A stretch of DNA of 63,432 nucleotides, counting the filler, from Craspedostauros australis (Eukaryota), in the NCBI GenBank assembly GCA_030167865.1. It is 5 parts of 5 records of this genome, joined end to end, with 100 filler letters (N's around TTAATTAATTAA, not from the genome) between each part and the next. Parts side by side here need not be neighbours in the genome. Positions count along the whole stretch, not along the records: positions 1 to 18,698 come from JALAGF010003607.1; 4 more parts are not named here. One strand, 5' to 3'. The position numbers and the translations under genes are program-made. Positions 1-11,674 of the stretch are shown piece after piece. A model generated the notes under the pieces. It ran no database searches. It saw only the letters and a program-made list of their open reading frames with translations, and was not told where the DNA came from. How positions within the stretch are numbered: the first letter of the stretch is position 1; every line of letters starts with the position of its first letter.

Positions 1-2084
1 CCAAGACCACCCTGGAACTTGGTCTTCAGATCGCCACCAGCACCACCCATGATCATCTGCAAAGCATCCTTGTCCACACGACGTCCCTTGTCAAGATCGC
101 TGTTGCGATTCCAATTCCACGAACCCTTGCCATTCTTCCGAGCCTTCTCCTTCTCCATCTTCTCCTCGTGCTGCTTCGAGCGATGATGATCCATCAGACT
201 GGGACCGCGGGCGTTCGCATGCGCATCCATGATACTGTCGATCTCACGCTGGATTCGAGAGTCGATCTGCACAGCGTCCTCATCATCATGACTCTTCAAG
301 TTGTCAAAGTTGCTCTTGCCCTTCATCTGCTTCTTCTTCACGTTGCTCAGCAGATCGAACTTGCCAGGCTCCAGCATCCATTCCTCACGTCCACCCTGCG
401 GTGCCATCTTGATGCCGGTCACGACGGACCGCATCTCGGCGGCACGGGCCTCGGCCTGCATCTTGATCACCTCCTTCGGCAAGGCTGGACCGCGTGCTCG
501 TCGTGGTTCGGCACCAAAGGTCGCCGGTCCTTCATCGTCGCTTTCGTCATCACTGTTGGCATTCTGGATGCCTTCCACCATGCCCTGACGCGATGGGAAC
601 ATGGCTCTGGATCTGATCTGCAGCTTGCCATCAGCCGAGACGGCCTTGTTGCAGAAGCTGATCACAGCTGCGAGAAGCTCCTTGGCAGGACGGACGTTGC
701 CATCTGACAGACAGTATCCAATGACAGGTTTAGAGTCGGCACTGTCACCGTCACTATCCGAATCGTCCTTATCGTCCTTATCGTCATCATCATCATCTGC
801 CATCTCACATTCCTCCAGCTTGCACAGACGGAACAACGAATCCAGATCCTTCTTCAGATCTTCATCGGGCAATCCTTCCAACGAGATGCTCTGACCATCC
901 ATCAGATCTTTGCACAACACCTGCAGCTCCTGATGCAAAGTCGATCCTTGTTTGAAGAAGCGCTTCAGAAGACTCGATGCGTGATTCTCCACCTTCCCAA
1001 CATCTGCCTGGTGTCTTGCTTTCGCGGCTGCCTTCGCACTCGCATCAGGCCCATCATCGTCTTCCTCGTCGTCGTCATCGTGATCATTCCCATTCTTGCC
1101 GTTCCGTTGCTGATTCCGTTGCTTCATTGCTTCTTGAATCTTGGCAGCCAACTCCTCTTCTTTCACATCCTGCTTGCGCACAGCTTCCATCGTCAGACCC
1201 GCCTGATCCAACAACGACCTCACAGCTCGCAACAAGAATCTCTCATCATCCTTGCGACCCGGTGCAGCGTTGTAGAACCACATGCCAGATTCGGGACTCC
1301 TCTCCACTCCAAACTCCGACAGCGATGTGAAGATGTGCTGCAGTCCACTCGAGATGAGATCATCCGTGACCTGTCGCAAGTCGAAGGTGGATCCACCTGC
1401 CAATCGAATGAGGATGGTGGGAAGATCAGCCGCAAACTCAGGTCTGGATGTGAACAGTTGGAAGAGTGCATTGGCGAGGAGGGTGGCGTTTGGTGGTGGA
1501 GCGGTGTTGGGCTTTGCACCTTCAGAATCATCAGATTCATGGTTGTTGTTGTTATTGTTGCTCCTGCTTCTGCTGGCGGTGGTGGTGGTGTTCTTTCTCT
1601 TCTTTGATTTGTTCTTTGACTTGCGATCCTTCTTGTCCTTCTTGGAAGTCTTCTTTGAGGCCTTTTTGATTGATTTCTTGGATGATTTCTTGTCACGATG
1701 CTTCCTCCTTCGCTTTCTGCGATCGTGACTGCTGTCTCGGCTGCTGTCATCGCTGTCATTATCGCTGTCATCATCATCTGAGCTGTTGCTTCTGCTGTTG
1801 CTTCTGCTTTCATCGGAGACATCCATGTGACGGGACGATGAGGATGATCGTTTGTGCTTGCGATGATGATGTTTCTTCGTCTTCTTGTGTGACTTGTTGT
1901 CGTTGTCGCGGGTGGTGGCGGTGGTGCGTTTGTTCTTTGATTTCTTGTGTCTGTGAGAGTCCTCCTCCTCTGATAGACTGTCGTTGTTGTTCCGTTTGTC
2001 GTTGTCGGATTCGTCATCAGAGTGGTCCCGATCCTTGCGATCCTTGCGATCTTTCTTGTCCTTCCTTTCTCTCTTGCGTTTCAT
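1..2084 (-). CDS. GPALPP1/DUF3752-like protein with Lys/Ser/Asp-rich N-terminus, copy 1 (3' end truncated at window edge)
   Basis: ATG at 2084. Same frame as the 717-aa ORF at 18747..20900 (offset 18798). C-terminal motifs RGPALP, REEWMLEP, RGPSLMDHH, WNRNSDL and LKTKFQGG fit DUF3752. Confidence 0.75.
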   Translation of the reverse strand, partial: MKRKRERKDKKDRKDRKDRDHSDDESDNDKRNNNDSLSEEEDSHRHKKSKNKRTTATTRDNDNKSHKKTKKHHHRKHKRSSSSSRHMDVSDESRSNSRSNSSDDDDSDNDSDDSSRDSSHDRRKRRRKHRDKKSSKKSIKKASKKTSKKDKKDRKSKNKSKKRKNTTTTASRSRSNNNNNNHESDDSEGAKPNTAPPPNATLLANALFQLFTSRPEFAADLPTILIRLAGGSTFDLRQVTDDLISSGLQHIFTSLSEFGVERSPESGMWFYNAAPGRKDDERFLLRAVRSLLDQAGLTMEAVRKQDVKEEELAAKIQEAMKQRNQQRNGKNGNDHDDDDEEDDDGPDASAKAAAKARHQADVGKVENHASSLLKRFFKQGSTLHQELQVLCKDLMDGQSISLEGLPDEDLKKDLDSLFRLCKLEECEMADDDDDDKDDKDDSDSDGDSADSKPVIGYCLSDGNVRPAKELLAAVISFCNKAVSADGKLQIRSRAMFPSRQGMVEGIQNANSDDESDDEGPATFGAEPRRARGPALPKEVIKMQAEARAAEMRSVVTGIKMAPQGGREEWMLEPGKFDLLSNVKKKQMKGKSNFDNLKSHDDEDAVQIDSRIQREIDSIMDAHANARGPSLMDHHRSKQHEEKMEKEKARKNGKGSWNWNRNSDLDKGRRVDKDALQMIMGGAGGDLKTKFQGGL

Positions 2085-2501
2085 GATGATGGTTGTGCTG
2101 CGTGATGAGTAGATCTGTGTCTTGGTGTGAATGGATGGTCTCTGCTGATGTTGAGAGACTGTGGTGATGGATGTGATGTCGGATGTAGCGAGGGACGCGA
2201 AGGATGTTCTCAGTTGGTGGATCAGTGGTCTCACATCGTTTGTGTTGTTGGTGTTGTTCGTGTGGTTCTGTTTGTTTTGTGTTGGTCACATTTTGGTGGT
2301 TGTTGAGGGGTAGCTAAAAGTGTCGATTGTGTCTAATTTCGGTTGTCTGTTGAAACGCGGATTTATTGGAATATGTGAACTATCGTTTCCATAATATGAT
2401 CAGAATCGAAGACAATCGCGAAAATACGCGTTGCGTTTGCCACAACCATGGTGAAAACCAACGTCTTGAGCCCATCCACTTGGTGTGCCATCAGCAGATG
2501 A

Positions 2502-4217
2502 ATGGATGAAGCAATGGTGAAAGGCAATGGTTTCGGAGCAGGGTTCCGCAAAGGGTTCATGCTGAACGCGGAGAAGAAAATTGGGAAGATCAATAACGGC
2601 AGGCAGAGACAGAACAAGGGCGATGCCAGGAAGTCGAGTGGCAAGTCCTCTCGTTCCGTCCTTCCCCACGAAAGCAAGAATGGGGCAGACGATCAGCAGG
2701 CGACAGCGACGCCATCTGAGTCTATCCCAGAAGGACCTCAACATGCCGCACAGATAGAACCGCGGCAGCAGGCGCGGCCGCAGATCAAGCAACAGAAGAA
2801 ATCCTCGAAGCCTTTTCGGAAGGGATTTCTGTTGCAGAACACATCATCAAAGGCAAAAATCAAGGCAAAGAAGACGACATCAAATGCAGATACAGATGCA
2901 GATGCGATACAGCAGACACGACAGCAGCAATCAAAGAATCACAAAGGTGACGAGATAACTACTTTCGCTGCCGGCCCGCCACCGTCCTCGCCACCCAAGC
3001 AGCCTCGTCGTAAGATTCAGGTGACGGATTCATCCCTGCTAGACTTGGAAGACAAAACGCCAAACCACACAGCATCCAAGTCACTTCTGCTGTTAGAACC
3101 AACGACGTTGGAGAGCAGCCGCGGCAATGATGCTTCGACTAATCGATTGATCAACCGCAGCGGTAACCCACGGCAGAATGTGCTGATTGCTGATGTTGGA
3201 AGCGGCGACATGGCAACAACCGGCGATGGTTCTGATTCTAGGGAGGCAACAGAAAGTGGCGATGTCGATGCGTTGCTCACTCCGTTGCGCACCACAACAT
3301 CGTCATCATTGTCAGCAGCAGAAGCAGAAAGTCAAGACAACCTTTTGTCCAACGCAAACGAACCACAGCATAACATGATCGGATCTACCCTCGTCACCGT
3401 TGCTCCACACAAGCCTGCGAGTGTGAAGGATTCCGCTGACCCGGCAGATCCTGCATTCATGACGACAACATCGACGACGATGTTAAATCCGCTATCCCAG
3501 CAGTTCATCACGAAGCACCAACGAAGGACTCAGCCAACGCGCTTGCAAGAGTTGGAGAATGCCTTTTGGAGGTTGCATGCAAAATCCCAAAACATAGCAG
3601 CAGCATCATCGTCATCACCGCCACGTCATCAACACGATGCCATTCGGAGCTTGGTGAGCGATCTTTCCACTCTCGAGGATTGCCAGTGGGCTTGGATGGC
3701 GTACCATCGACAATTAACTCAGGATACCATCTCCAACCACCCGTCTTCGTCGACGACGCTCGCATTTGGCATGGCATTGCTAGCATCACCATCCACGCAA
3801 TCGGAACTGATCGCGCGATTCCAGCGACTGGCCGACACTCCTCTCGCGAAGGCAGCAAAGATCGAAGTGCTGCAAGTCGCGGTGTTGGTTGAGATGGCGC
3901 TGTCATATCGCAACGACGGCGATGAAGCCGTGGAACATACTCGTATGTGGACGCAATCGACACGTGACGCCCTGATCCTGGAGTGGTTCGGCCCGCGCCT
4001 TGCCGCTTGCTTCATTCGCATGTTGAAATATGAGAACCATCGCAAGACGGTCTTCGTGCGGAAGCTTGTCAAAGTGACCCGTGGAGCGTTGGATTTGATG
4101 TCGGTGCAGGGAACGAAACCAGGAAGCAGCGCTGTTGAAATCAAGACGCAAGAAGAAGTAGAGTCACCATCTGCTTTGTTGGAAGCGCTAAATACCATAG
4201 TCGGTGGTATGACATGA
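2502..4217 (+). CDS. Hypothetical protein, 571 aa, disordered N-half with two FRKGF(M/L)L motifs
   Basis: Long uninterrupted ATG-to-TGA ORF, divergent from the DUF3752-like gene; no recognised domain. Confidence 0.65.
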   Translation: MDEAMVKGNGFGAGFRKGFMLNAEKKIGKINNGRQRQNKGDARKSSGKSSRSVLPHESKNGADDQQATATPSESIPEGPQHAAQIEPRQQARPQIKQQKKSSKPFRKGFLLQNTSSKAKIKAKKTTSNADTDADAIQQTRQQQSKNHKGDEITTFAAGPPPSSPPKQPRRKIQVTDSSLLDLEDKTPNHTASKSLLLLEPTTLESSRGNDASTNRLINRSGNPRQNVLIADVGSGDMATTGDGSDSREATESGDVDALLTPLRTTTSSSLSAAEAESQDNLLSNANEPQHNMIGSTLVTVAPHKPASVKDSADPADPAFMTTTSTTMLNPLSQQFITKHQRRTQPTRLQELENAFWRLHAKSQNIAAASSSSPPRHQHDAIRSLVSDLSTLEDCQWAWMAYHRQLTQDTISNHPSSSTTLAFGMALLASPSTQSELIARFQRLADTPLAKAAKIEVLQVAVLVEMALSYRNDGDEAVEHTRMWTQSTRDALILEWFGPRLAACFIRMLKYENHRKTVFVRKLVKVTRGALDLMSVQGTKPGSSAVEIKTQEEVESPSALLEALNTIVGGMT

Positions 4218-4581
4218 TGACGGTAAAATAGAATTTGAGCTTGTTGGTACGGGTCCGCGTTTGTGTTGCCACGTCCCAAGTGTTGCATTCCGTTGTGAAA
4301 CGTGATCAAGTGGAAGGCACTCGCATCGAGGTGGAACGACGTCAGTCGGAGATTGTTGACGTGGAGACGAACAAAAATGAACAAACACAAAGCGAACCCT
4401 TGTCCTCATTGCAAAAGACTGACGACAATGCGCAGTAACTGGTCAAATCGATGAGTTGAGCACAGAGAGAGTGCCACAAGATTCGACGCAGCCACATCTC
4501 CTCCACAGTCGGACATAACCAAGCAACCATTGAGCGCCATCGCAGAAATCGAGCACGAGCATCACGAACTGAACAGCAACC

Positions 4582-6446
4582 ATGGTCAACATCGGCGGCC
4601 TCGACGTCGACGTCCAATGCCTCGCCATCGATGCGATGGTGTGCATGGTCATGATCGATGCAGCAGCCTTCTTTCGAGAATCCTCCCGCATCTTCCCTGG
4701 TCATCCAGAAGCGGTCCTCATCGTCACATTCATCGCGAGCACGATGCTGCGCTATCACAATTTGACGAATCGATGGACCATCTCGGTTCCGTTGCTCGTC
4801 GTCGCTGGACTTGTGGCCATGAGGGATCATGGGATGGCCTTGATCTTCTCCCAGTCATCCTCCATGTCGCATTGGTGCTCCGTCGGCCTCACCGTCATGA
4901 TGGCTGCCACCATAGCGTTCTCCATCATCGTGAGCCTCCTATTCCCGCCACTCCAGATCCCCAAACCCCCAATGGAAACCGACAAGCACTCCGTTGGTGT
5001 CATCGATACCTTCATCCCATTCCAACGCCATATCCTCGACAACGAACTCCCCGAAGACGACAAGGAATACGGTGACATGTCCAGTTACAAAACCCAACAG
5101 GACGTGGCCGTCCGGATCCTGTATCCCACCGATGCGGCGCCAACTCCGAACGTGCCGTATCTGCGTGCCAACAACGCCGCGTTGTTCTGCAAGGAGACCA
5201 TGGCGTTCGGTGCACCGCCACCGCTGCGCGCGTGTGACTGGCTGTTGCATTATTGGAGATTGGTGCGATTGAGCTTCACGGCTCCCAATGCTGCCGTCCT
5301 GCGCCGATCCAACACGAAATTGCCGATCATTGTGTACTCGCATGGTTTGGGTGGCAATGCCGAAATGTACTCCTACCAGACCATGTCGTTGGCAGCGAGC
5401 GGGTACGTGGTGGTGCTCGTGGAGCACATGGATGGATCCGCTGCCATGGTGCGCCGCAAGGATGGAAGTATCGCGGAACGCAATTCGACGATCATTGATC
5501 TGTGGCATAGCGGGAAGGCCGTTGAGTAAGTATGAACATTGGATGCATGTGACTTGAACACAGTCGAGTTGGGACGCATGGACTCGAATTGGCTGACTCC
5601 AGAGTACTCGTACTCTGCGCAGATTGTGAGATGTAAAAACTCTGGAGTGGAGTACTTTCCTTCTCTTGCTTGTGGGCATTGCATGATGCGATGTGATCTG
5701 TTGCCTCTCCCTGCTCACACTCGCTGCGCACACCTCGATACAATGCAATGCCATCGCTATCCTCCACATGAAATATTCACAGATACGTGCAAGGACGCCG
5801 CAAGATGACGCACCATCGATGCAAGGAATTCCTCTCGGCTGTGAATTGGGCGAAGCAGCTCAACACAATCGATAATGTGAACGGCGTCGATTTCCGCAAC
5901 GTGGTCAACACGGACGATCTCCATTTCATGGGACATTCCTTCGGCGGCGCAACATGCTTGGAGGCATCTCGACGCGTCAAGCCAAAGAGCATCGTGAGTC
6001 ACGACCCGGCGACGGATTGGATGTCCGACAGCGGACGCTGCGCCATGTTCCCAAAAGAGCGTTGGGAGGGCGGCGAGGTCAACTACGATGGCGAGACCGG
6101 TGGGTTGGACTATGACGATGACACCGACGGCACATCCAAGCTGTTGATACATGATCGTGATCTCCTGATTCTGTCCAGCGAGGAATGGATCGACAAGAAC
6201 TGGGGCAGCAGCCACGTGCTGAGGGAGATGTCACGTCGCAAGAAGTTGGGCACGGCGAGCGGCAAGAGCAAGCAGGTCATCATCCAGGCCGCGCATCACA
6301 ACGAATTCTCCGATAGCTGCATGATGACGCCGCTGTGGCTGGCTCGTGCTGTCAAAGTGACGGGGAACCGTTCGCCCCTGGACACCGCGAAGGAGATCCA
6401 TCTCCGCACCTTTGAGTTCTTCGAGATGATGCGAGATGGGAAATGA
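4582..6446 (+). CDS. PAF-acetylhydrolase-like alpha/beta hydrolase with N-terminal transmembrane helices; exons 4582-5525 and 5783-6446
   Basis: Motifs IIVYSHGLGG, LAASGYVVVLVEH, nucleophile elbow GHSFGG, HDP and HHNEFSD. A GTAAGT..CAG intron (5526-5782) joins the two ORFs in frame (GA|A = Glu). Confidence 0.85.
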
Positions 6447-7026
6447 AGAGGCGGTGCCACAATCTGCTGCTGTGATTACTCCACACCAACACGATTGTTC
6501 GCGTCGTCTACGTACGTAGAGATTGGAGAAGCGTAGTCGGCTATCGATTCCCACGCTGCCTGCCCGTTCACGTAGACAGGAATAGGCGTACGTATACACA
6601 TTCCGAATACTACCACATAGCACAACCCCTCGTAAAGTGGTAGAGATACACTTGATACAGTGCATTCCAATCACCCCGATTGCCGTGGCAACATTAGGTG
6701 GAGTGCCATGATTCACATCCACTTCGTTGGGATCTCCACTCTAGACACAATCATGAATACTAGTATTGTTTTGTGGGTTTGTCTGAAAGATCGGGTGTGC
6801 ATTGAAACTCGCCTTTCACGAAACCAACACCAACGATTTCCACGACACCTCGAAAAAGAGTCGACCATGGCGCATGCGACGAACGGCACAAGAAGCGATT
6901 GGCTTTCCTGCATCCAATTCTTCTTTGGTCAACTTGTTCTGTGCGCACGCGGCTGCGAATACTCACAAGCACCGACCGCTCTCCGAATAAGAGAAACGTC
7001 ACCAAAGCCAAGTGCCCTTCCGCAAG

Positions 7027-8724
7027 ATGGGCAAGACCAAGAACCGAAAGAACAGAGATGACACAACATCGCAATCATCTCGAAAGAACAAGCAATCTGC
7101 GACGCAAAAGTCACACGACGATGGTGGGAATACTGCAGCTGGCGCATCGTCGTCCGCAAAGAACAGCACGGATGCATCCGCCTCCAGCTTTCGACGAAGG
7201 TCGCTGTACACGTGGTGCGTCCAAGAACGCCAGGGCATCGTCTGGGTGATGGGATGTGCCATCTTGGGTGGAATGCTGGGATTCGGGATCGGCGCTGGGT
7301 ACTTGACGGGTGAAATGGAAGCGGCAGGCGCAACACCGTGGAGAATATCCTTGGCGAGCTTCCTGCGCGGGACCATGGTGTACCAATTCCTCTTCGTGCG
7401 ACTGAACCCCACTTCCGTCCTGCCTATCGAGACGATGTCGAATGCATGGGGCACCATGAAGGAGACCTTGCAGATTGGAACGAAGGACAGCGCGCGCAAA
7501 CATGATGGCGACGACAACGATGACACGAACGTCGAGCCATTCGATCTGATGAACAGCGATCCCTCGGATCCCATGACGTTCGCGATACTGCGAGAGGCCG
7601 TGATACGTGAGAAGGGCGGATACGTGTATCCCGATCTTGGCTTGATGCTCCCGGCACCGTGCGGTGCGGCACGCGGGTTGGGGATGGTGCGGGATAGCTA
7701 CTACAAATGCCAAATCGACTGCATGCCTGGCCTTGCGGCGGAGAAGCTGGAGGAACGCAAGAATGATCGGCTGGACCCAATGCGGGATGGCATGAGACCG
7801 AGCGTACACGAGATGAAGCGACAGCAGGAAATCGAACGACCTGGCAAGCAGCTGTTCAAGCAGGAAGAAGTGCTGGTGAAGGTCCCGCTGTCGTATCAGA
7901 TGACCCGGTCGTTGGCGTTGGAGACGCTGCTGCCGCGAGTGTCGGCGGAAGTACAACGCAAGGCGAATCTGCATGAGCTGGATGATGCGGCGCTGCTGGT
8001 GCTGCTGTTGGCGCACGAACGTGGCGTGGGCAGGTTCAGCCGCTGGACGCCGTACATTGCGACGATGCCGAAGAAACCGAGCTGCGGGTACACGAAGGAA
8101 GCGCGGCCGTTCATGCTGGACAGCATCAAGGCGTTGAAGGACGAATTCGGATTGGACATCTTTGGTTGGCACGAGGAGCTCGTGAAGGCGGAGCAGTACG
8201 CGGACCGCATAGCGAACATGCTGACGCGGGATTACAGTCCATTCATTCAGCATCCCAAGGGCATTTCACCGTTGGAGAACATCCAATGGTCGTTGTGCCA
8301 GGTGGCGTCACGGGCAACCGGCGGATCTCAAAAGCACGGCAGCCTTCGGATGGTCCCCGTCATCGACTTGATCAACCACGATGCCAACGCGGGTGGGTTC
8401 GTCGAGTTGACCGGCAAGGAGCGTTTCGAGGATGGCGACTTCGTAGATGCGTCCGAAGAAGATTCCGGTGCATTCGTCGTGCGGAGTTTGCGCCATGGGC
8501 GACGCAAGGCACTGCGGAAGGGACAGGAATTACTGGCCAGCTACAACGTGCCGCATTACTCCTCGCTGGATTGGTTTGTGTCCCTGGGCTTCGTGCCGCC
8601 AGAACGATGGAGTCGATGGCAGAAGATCGATGCGGCGTTGCCGCGCATCCGCAAGGATGGACCGTTCGCCGAAGAACCCATCAACACCGCAGAACTGTGG
8701 AAGGGATTTTCAGTGGAATTTTAA
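7027..8724 (+). CDS. Membrane-anchored SET-domain (LSMT-like) methyltransferase
   Basis: Motifs ARGLG, EEVLVKVP, MVPVIDLINHD, GQELLASYN and LGFV. Hydrophobic segment IVWVMGCAILGGMLGFGIGAGYL near the N-terminus. First ATG is at 7027. Confidence 0.8.
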   Translation: MGKTKNRKNRDDTTSQSSRKNKQSATQKSHDDGGNTAAGASSSAKNSTDASASSFRRRSLYTWCVQERQGIVWVMGCAILGGMLGFGIGAGYLTGEMEAAGATPWRISLASFLRGTMVYQFLFVRLNPTSVLPIETMSNAWGTMKETLQIGTKDSARKHDGDDNDDTNVEPFDLMNSDPSDPMTFAILREAVIREKGGYVYPDLGLMLPAPCGAARGLGMVRDSYYKCQIDCMPGLAAEKLEERKNDRLDPMRDGMRPSVHEMKRQQEIERPGKQLFKQEEVLVKVPLSYQMTRSLALETLLPRVSAEVQRKANLHELDDAALLVLLLAHERGVGRFSRWTPYIATMPKKPSCGYTKEARPFMLDSIKALKDEFGLDIFGWHEELVKAEQYADRIANMLTRDYSPFIQHPKGISPLENIQWSLCQVASRATGGSQKHGSLRMVPVIDLINHDANAGGFVELTGKERFEDGDFVDASEEDSGAFVVRSLRHGRRKALRKGQELLASYNVPHYSSLDWFVSLGFVPPERWSRWQKIDAALPRIRKDGPFAEEPINTAELWKGFSVEF

Positions 8725-9141
8725 ACCATACTTTAGATTGTATTCTATCATGGCGCATTATGCTCTATGCAATACGATAGTGATTTGTGTTGTCCCATCA
8801 TCTTATTCCAGAAAAGTCGATGTAGACATCGAGTAGATCGCAGTTGGAAGGAACGATGATCCGAAGCTGATGGTTGGACAGAGGAGATCCTGTTTCGCGC
8901 CATTTTCGCCATCGGAATGACCGTCGTGACCGATGCAAGGCGGCACTCGTGGACTGATTTGAGGAAAACGCGCTGTGTGGAGACATCATCACAAGAGACA
9001 ACAGTCCACGATCGATACGACGAATCCACGCAACGACACAACCACGCAACGACACAACGACACAACACAAAACAGCCTCAACGCAGACGCACACAACACC
9101 AACATGGATGCACGTTGCTGCGTCTCAACCCTGCAGCTTCA

Positions 9142-10611
9142 ATGACACTGAGGACAGTCACGAGAGGACAGCAGAGACGGAACAATGGCACATCAAGGCA
9201 TTGCTCATCTCCAATCAATGTGGCACAGCGGTTGATCATCATTCTGATCGCTGTCTTCGTCATCAGCACTTGGCTGACTGCTCATACGCAGACACGGTCG
9301 TATGATCAGCTCCAGAGAGACAGGCAGCAACAGAGCCAGCGGGCTTTCGTTGCGCAAGTCGAGCCACCGCCATTGACGCAAGCCAGCCTCGTCGAAGCAG
9401 ACAGCGAGGACATCGCGTTGACGCCAGCAGATGATCCGAAAGTGAAAGAAAGGCCACAATCGCATGCAAGCAACCAGACCTTCCTCGCCGACAACAAGAA
9501 TCTGCAGATCCTTGGCCCCAAGCGATTGAATTGGTACAAGAAGTACCTGACCAATCTCACGACGACATGGCACGCTGTGCCCAACACCGATTGGTGCGTG
9601 CTGGAACCTATCGACGATCCATCACCGATTACGTTACGACATGAAGAATCGGCGTTGGGGATACTGTACATGAAGTCGTACAAAGCATCATCCAGCACGT
9701 TGGAAGGCATCAACATCCACATTGCGCACTCTGTCGGGCAACGGGTCCAGAATAACCACAAGCAGCAGCAGCAACAAACAAGTGTGGCACCAATTTGCAA
9801 GCACTACAACCGCCACGAATTCGGTGATCTGCGGCACCATGTACGTCGCGGCGATCCCAGTCTGCTGTGGACCATGGTGCGGGAACCATCACGTCGGGAC
9901 TTATCCCACGTCTACCATTTCGAGATTGGACGCAACACCAAGACTCCCACCGACGCTTTCCTCATCAATACGGTCGAATACAAAGTCAAGGGGCGACAGA
10001 CGAGGTACTTGGTCAAAAACAAGGGCAAAGGGAAGCTGTGGCCCAAGTTGGAGTTGCAAAAGCACCCCGACAGCATCGTGCAGATCATGCAACAAGAAAT
10101 CATGGAGTACTACAATTTCATCGGCGTCGTGGAACGCATGGAGGAGTCGCTAGCCGCCATGACGTTGCTATGGCAACTGCAACCCACAGACGTCATCGTT
10201 TTGTCGGCCAAACGTTCCGGCGGATACGACGACGCCGGACACGAAGGTCGCTGCGTTCGCATTCCCAAGGCGCAACGCACGCCCAATGTGGAACGGTACT
10301 TGCAAAACAAGCACGTGGTCGCCAATGCCGACGTGCTGCTGTACCATGCCGTCAATGCATCGCTCGACGCAACCATCTCGATATTGGGTGTGGATCGCGT
10401 GCAGTCGCGGACGCAACAGATCCGATGTTTGCAACGCTTTGCAACTGAACGGTGTCAAGATGAAGCTCACTTCCCATGTTCAGCCGACGGCGAACCGCAG
10501 ATTGAGTTGTCGCAACGAAGTTGCTACGTGCAGGATGCAGGATGCGGGCATGCATGCGTCGCGAGGGTCTTGGCGACGGAAGCAGCGACAGCGGCCTGTA
10601 GTGTGGGATAA
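9142..10611 (+). CDS. Type II membrane (Golgi-type) sulfotransferase-like protein, Gal-3-O-sulfotransferase-like
   Basis: N-terminal TM LIIILIAVFVISTWL; 5'-PSB-like YMKSYKASSSTL; 3'-PB-like TMVREPSRRDLS; FIGVVERMEESL. Start codon uncertain (the ORF is open from 8917). Confidence 0.7.
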   Translation: MTLRTVTRGQQRRNNGTSRHCSSPINVAQRLIIILIAVFVISTWLTAHTQTRSYDQLQRDRQQQSQRAFVAQVEPPPLTQASLVEADSEDIALTPADDPKVKERPQSHASNQTFLADNKNLQILGPKRLNWYKKYLTNLTTTWHAVPNTDWCVLEPIDDPSPITLRHEESALGILYMKSYKASSSTLEGINIHIAHSVGQRVQNNHKQQQQQTSVAPICKHYNRHEFGDLRHHVRRGDPSLLWTMVREPSRRDLSHVYHFEIGRNTKTPTDAFLINTVEYKVKGRQTRYLVKNKGKGKLWPKLELQKHPDSIVQIMQQEIMEYYNFIGVVERMEESLAAMTLLWQLQPTDVIVLSAKRSGGYDDAGHEGRCVRIPKAQRTPNVERYLQNKHVVANADVLLYHAVNASLDATISILGVDRVQSRTQQIRCLQRFATERCQDEAHFPCSADGEPQIELSQRSCYVQDAGCGHACVARVLATEAATAACSVG

Positions 10612-11203
10612 CGTAGAGTACATACGAGTAACTCGTCTTGGTGTCTGTGAATACCACGCGGTGGGAATACTGTGCTCTAACTCCGTGTAGTTCCGTTATT
10701 TTTCACCATGATGCAGTCAATGCCCCTCTGTTCGAGAGCATCGTACGTGTACGAGTACCGCAATCAGCAGCGATGCGTTTCCACCAAACGGAAAGAGGTC
10801 CGGAGGAAACGGATTTGCATCCTCTCTGGCACAGATTGCGACGACAGAGTGAGCGGGCGGAGGGCAACATTTTGATTGGCAGCAGGCGACCCTTAGCGCA
10901 ACATGTACAAGTAGCATCTATTGTAAATAATAGAAAATAATACTCCTGGGAGATCACGACTGTTTGCTTTTGCTTCTATTGCTATGGGTTGCTACTTTAC
11001 TGATGGACCTTGGGTTGATGCTGATGCTGATGCGCCGTTTTGTTGACGCAGCCAACGAAAACACCATGAGACGGAGAGGGAGAAATAGAGAGATGGAACG
11101 ACACCAATCGGTTCCGCCGATCATTGATGCTTCGTCTGCTGGTGGAGATTGGCCAATCAATCACCTCCTGCGATCCGATCCGATCCATGAACAGTTCTCA
11201 TCC

Positions 11204-11674
11204 TCAGTCTTCGTCGTCGGAATCACTTGGCACATCTTCCTCCTCGACGACTTCTTCCTCCTCTTCTTCGTACTGCACATCCTCCTCCTCGTACTCTTCC
11301 TCCTCCTCGTCGTCCTGAGCAGCAGGCGCAGGACCGCCACCGCCAAACAACGACCGAGCCATGTCAAAGTTGGTATTCTTCTTGGCCTGGTCTCGCTTCG
11401 TCTCCTTCCACTTCTGATCCCGATTGAACTGCTGCTTGCGCAAGGCCATCTCTCCGTCCTCCTCCTGGGTGACGTCCTTGAGGTTCTTCTTGGTCTCCCT
11501 CTTCTGCTCCTTCCATTTTGACTCGGTTTCCTTCTTCGCCTTGCGCTCCAGGAAGGTTCCGTCCTGGTCTATCCTACCCTTGTAGTTCCATTCCTCTGCC
11601 TTGGTCTGTCGCAGCTTGGCGGCCGTCTCCTTTTTCTTCTTGGTCTGCCCAAGTCCGAACATCAATTCTGCCAT
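11204..11674 (-). CDS. Hypothetical 156-aa charged protein (Lys/Glu-rich coiled coil, acidic tail)
   Basis: ATG at 11674 after a CAA-rich leader; strongly biased codons; poly-Glu/Asp C-terminus. Confidence 0.6.
   Translation of the reverse strand: MAELMFGLGQTKKKKETAAKLRQTKAEEWNYKGRIDQDGTFLERKAKKETESKWKEQKRETKKNLKDVTQEEDGEMALRKQQFNRDQKWKETKRDQAKKNTNFDMARSLFGGGGPAPAAQDDEEEEEYEEEDVQYEEEEEEVVEEEDVPSDSDDED

Noticed and set aside
7111..8253. Long antisense or alternate-frame ORFs (also 33217-34509, 23350-24270, 56519-57697, 57061-58020, 46597-47427)
   Set aside because: Shadows of GC3-biased real genes; they have no motifs of their own.
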